Of a stretch of DNA of 45,589 nt, positions 44,432-45,589 are shown piece after piece; positions within the stretch are counted from its first letter, which is position 1; each line of letters begins with the position of its first letter. Location: NCBI GenBank assembly GCA_035480035.1, contig DATIID010000005.1, forward strand, positions 1 to 45,589. The letters are read 5' to 3'. The stretch is from Candidatus Saccharimonadales bacterium. Lineage in GTDB: Bacteria > Patescibacteriota > Saccharimonadia > Saccharimonadales > OMJO01. The position numbers and the translations under genes are program-made. The notes beneath the pieces were generated by a model, which worked only from the letters and a program-made list of their open reading frames with translations, had not been told where the DNA came from and did no database searches.

Positions 44432-45589
44432 ATGAAGTCGAGTCGAACACAAAAAAGTTTTTTGCTATTTGGGCTTTTTGGCGCTGTCTTTTTTGCTTTT
44501 GTCTGGATTTCGGCCAAACCAACTCAAGCCGCCACTGGAATCAATAAAACCATAAATTTTCAGGGACGGTTGCTTAACTCTCAAGGTGCCACGGTGCCAG
44601 ATGGCTCTTACAACATTGAATTCAAAATTTATCAGGACGGTGATGGCCAAAGTGTTGGCGACACAACCGGTTCACCATCAGGTACTCTGAAGTGGACAGA
44701 AGATTATCTAAACAACAATAGTCATGGAGTGACGGTCATAAATGGCTATTTGTCGGTTTCACTGGGGTCGGTTACCCCATTTGGGTCAAATATTGACTGG
44801 AATCAGGACACTTTATGGTTGTCAATGAACATTGGCGGCACCGGCCCCGCATGTACACCATTCTCTTCTTGTAGCCCGGATGGCGAAATGATTCCCATGC
44901 AACCGATGACCGCAGCCCCCTACGCCTTAAACGCTGGTGAGCTTGGCGGACTTGACAGTTCACAGTTCGTGCAACTGGCTCAAGGAGTACAAACTGATGG
45001 TGGCACCGGAACAAACAGTATTTATATCAACAAAACCGGCACGGGTAATTTGTTGGACTTACAATCAGGCGGTAGTGATGCTTTTGTACTTAGTAACAAT
45101 GGTGATGTGTCTTTTGGAGCCAATGCTAATCATACTATTTCGGTGGCCACCGCCGGCGCCGGAGTAGCTGGCAAGTCGTTAACTATCAGTTCTGGCGCGG
45201 CCGGCAGTGGTGGCAGCACATTGGCTGGTGGTAATTTGGTCTTACAAGGTGGTGCTGGCGGCGGCACCAATGGCAATGGTGGTAACGTCAGCGTTGATGC
45301 CGGAGTTAAAAATGGTAGTGGTGCCGACGGAATTATTAATATTGGTACGACTACCGCCAGCGCTGTAAACATCAGTAAAACCGGTGTCACCACCGCGGTT
45401 GGTGGTAGTTTGACGGTGGCTAGCACCATCAACACGGCAACAATCTCAGGCGGAACTCTAAGCGGCGGTGCGGTTTCTGGTGGTACTTTAACTGGTACGG
45501 CAGTCAATGGATTAAATGTTTCAAGTACGGCAATAGCCGTATCAGCGGCCGCTACTGGCTTGACTGTCGATGCTGGCACAAGTGGGACT
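44432..45589 (+). CDS. large secreted Gly/Thr/Ala-rich repeat (beta-helix / tail-fibre-like) surface protein, 5' part only
   Basis: Absent from the ORF track because it runs off the window: 386 codons are open from the ATG at 44432. It has a signal peptide (FGLFGAVFFAFVWISAKPTQA), an INFQGRLLNSQGATVPDGSYNIEFKIY module, then G-rich repeats. TTGCTT-17-TATACT promoter lies at 44329-44357. Confidence 0.75.
   Translation, partial: MKSSRTQKSFLLFGLFGAVFFAFVWISAKPTQAATGINKTINFQGRLLNSQGATVPDGSYNIEFKIYQDGDGQSVGDTTGSPSGTLKWTEDYLNNNSHGVTVINGYLSVSLGSVTPFGSNIDWNQDTLWLSMNIGGTGPACTPFSSCSPDGEMIPMQPMTAAPYALNAGELGGLDSSQFVQLAQGVQTDGGTGTNSIYINKTGTGNLLDLQSGGSDAFVLSNNGDVSFGANANHTISVATAGAGVAGKSLTISSGAAGSGGSTLAGGNLVLQGGAGGGTNGNGGNVSVDAGVKNGSGADGIINIGTTTASAVNISKTGVTTAVGGSLTVASTINTATISGGTLSGGAVSGGTLTGTAVNGLNVSSTAIAVSAAATGLTVDAGTSGT

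Noticed and set aside
45130-45579. 149-aa Pro/Leu/Val-rich minus-strand ORF, plus the smaller ORFs at 44280-45167
   Set aside because: They are antisense or off-frame shadows of the Gly-rich repeat protein that is open on the plus strand from 44432 to the window end.

Overview
This is a compact, moderately AT-rich bacterial chromosome segment. I infer, but cannot verify here, that it comes from a Patescibacteria/CPR lineage such as Saccharibacteria. The window opens inside the 5' end of a minus-strand 16S rRNA gene. Recognisable housekeeping loci are gyrB-gyrA, comM/yifB, infC-rpmI-rplT, RNase P RNA, SRP RNA, rpmB, miaA, thrS, nrdR, yvcK and five tRNAs. Between them sit many short orphan ORFs with no family I can recognise.

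Main observations:
1. A 3.7-kb array of seven orphan genes lies between the rRNA promoter and gyrA. Most of these genes are preceded, directly after the previous stop codon, by a promoter-bearing motif (AATCCTGCTCAAGCTTGCA and variants). The motif recurs in front of other orphan genes elsewhere in the window.
2. An orphan TraD/VirD4/FtsK-like membrane ATPase (1017 aa) carries a ~200-aa P/A/S/T-rich tail. It sits beside an LPXTG surface protein and small membrane proteins.
3. A ~1.1-kb ORF-free, AT-rich gap contains two candidate sRNAs, each bounded by a promoter and a terminator.
4. The RNase P RNA has a greatly expanded P12 arm.
5. Many genes have leaderless promoter/start-codon geometry.
6. 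An exported-protein operon includes a processive GT2 synthase and a PAP2-like enzyme.

I saw no CRISPR array, transposase, integrase or recognisable defence gene. All functional calls rest on motif recognition by eye and need profile or structure searches.
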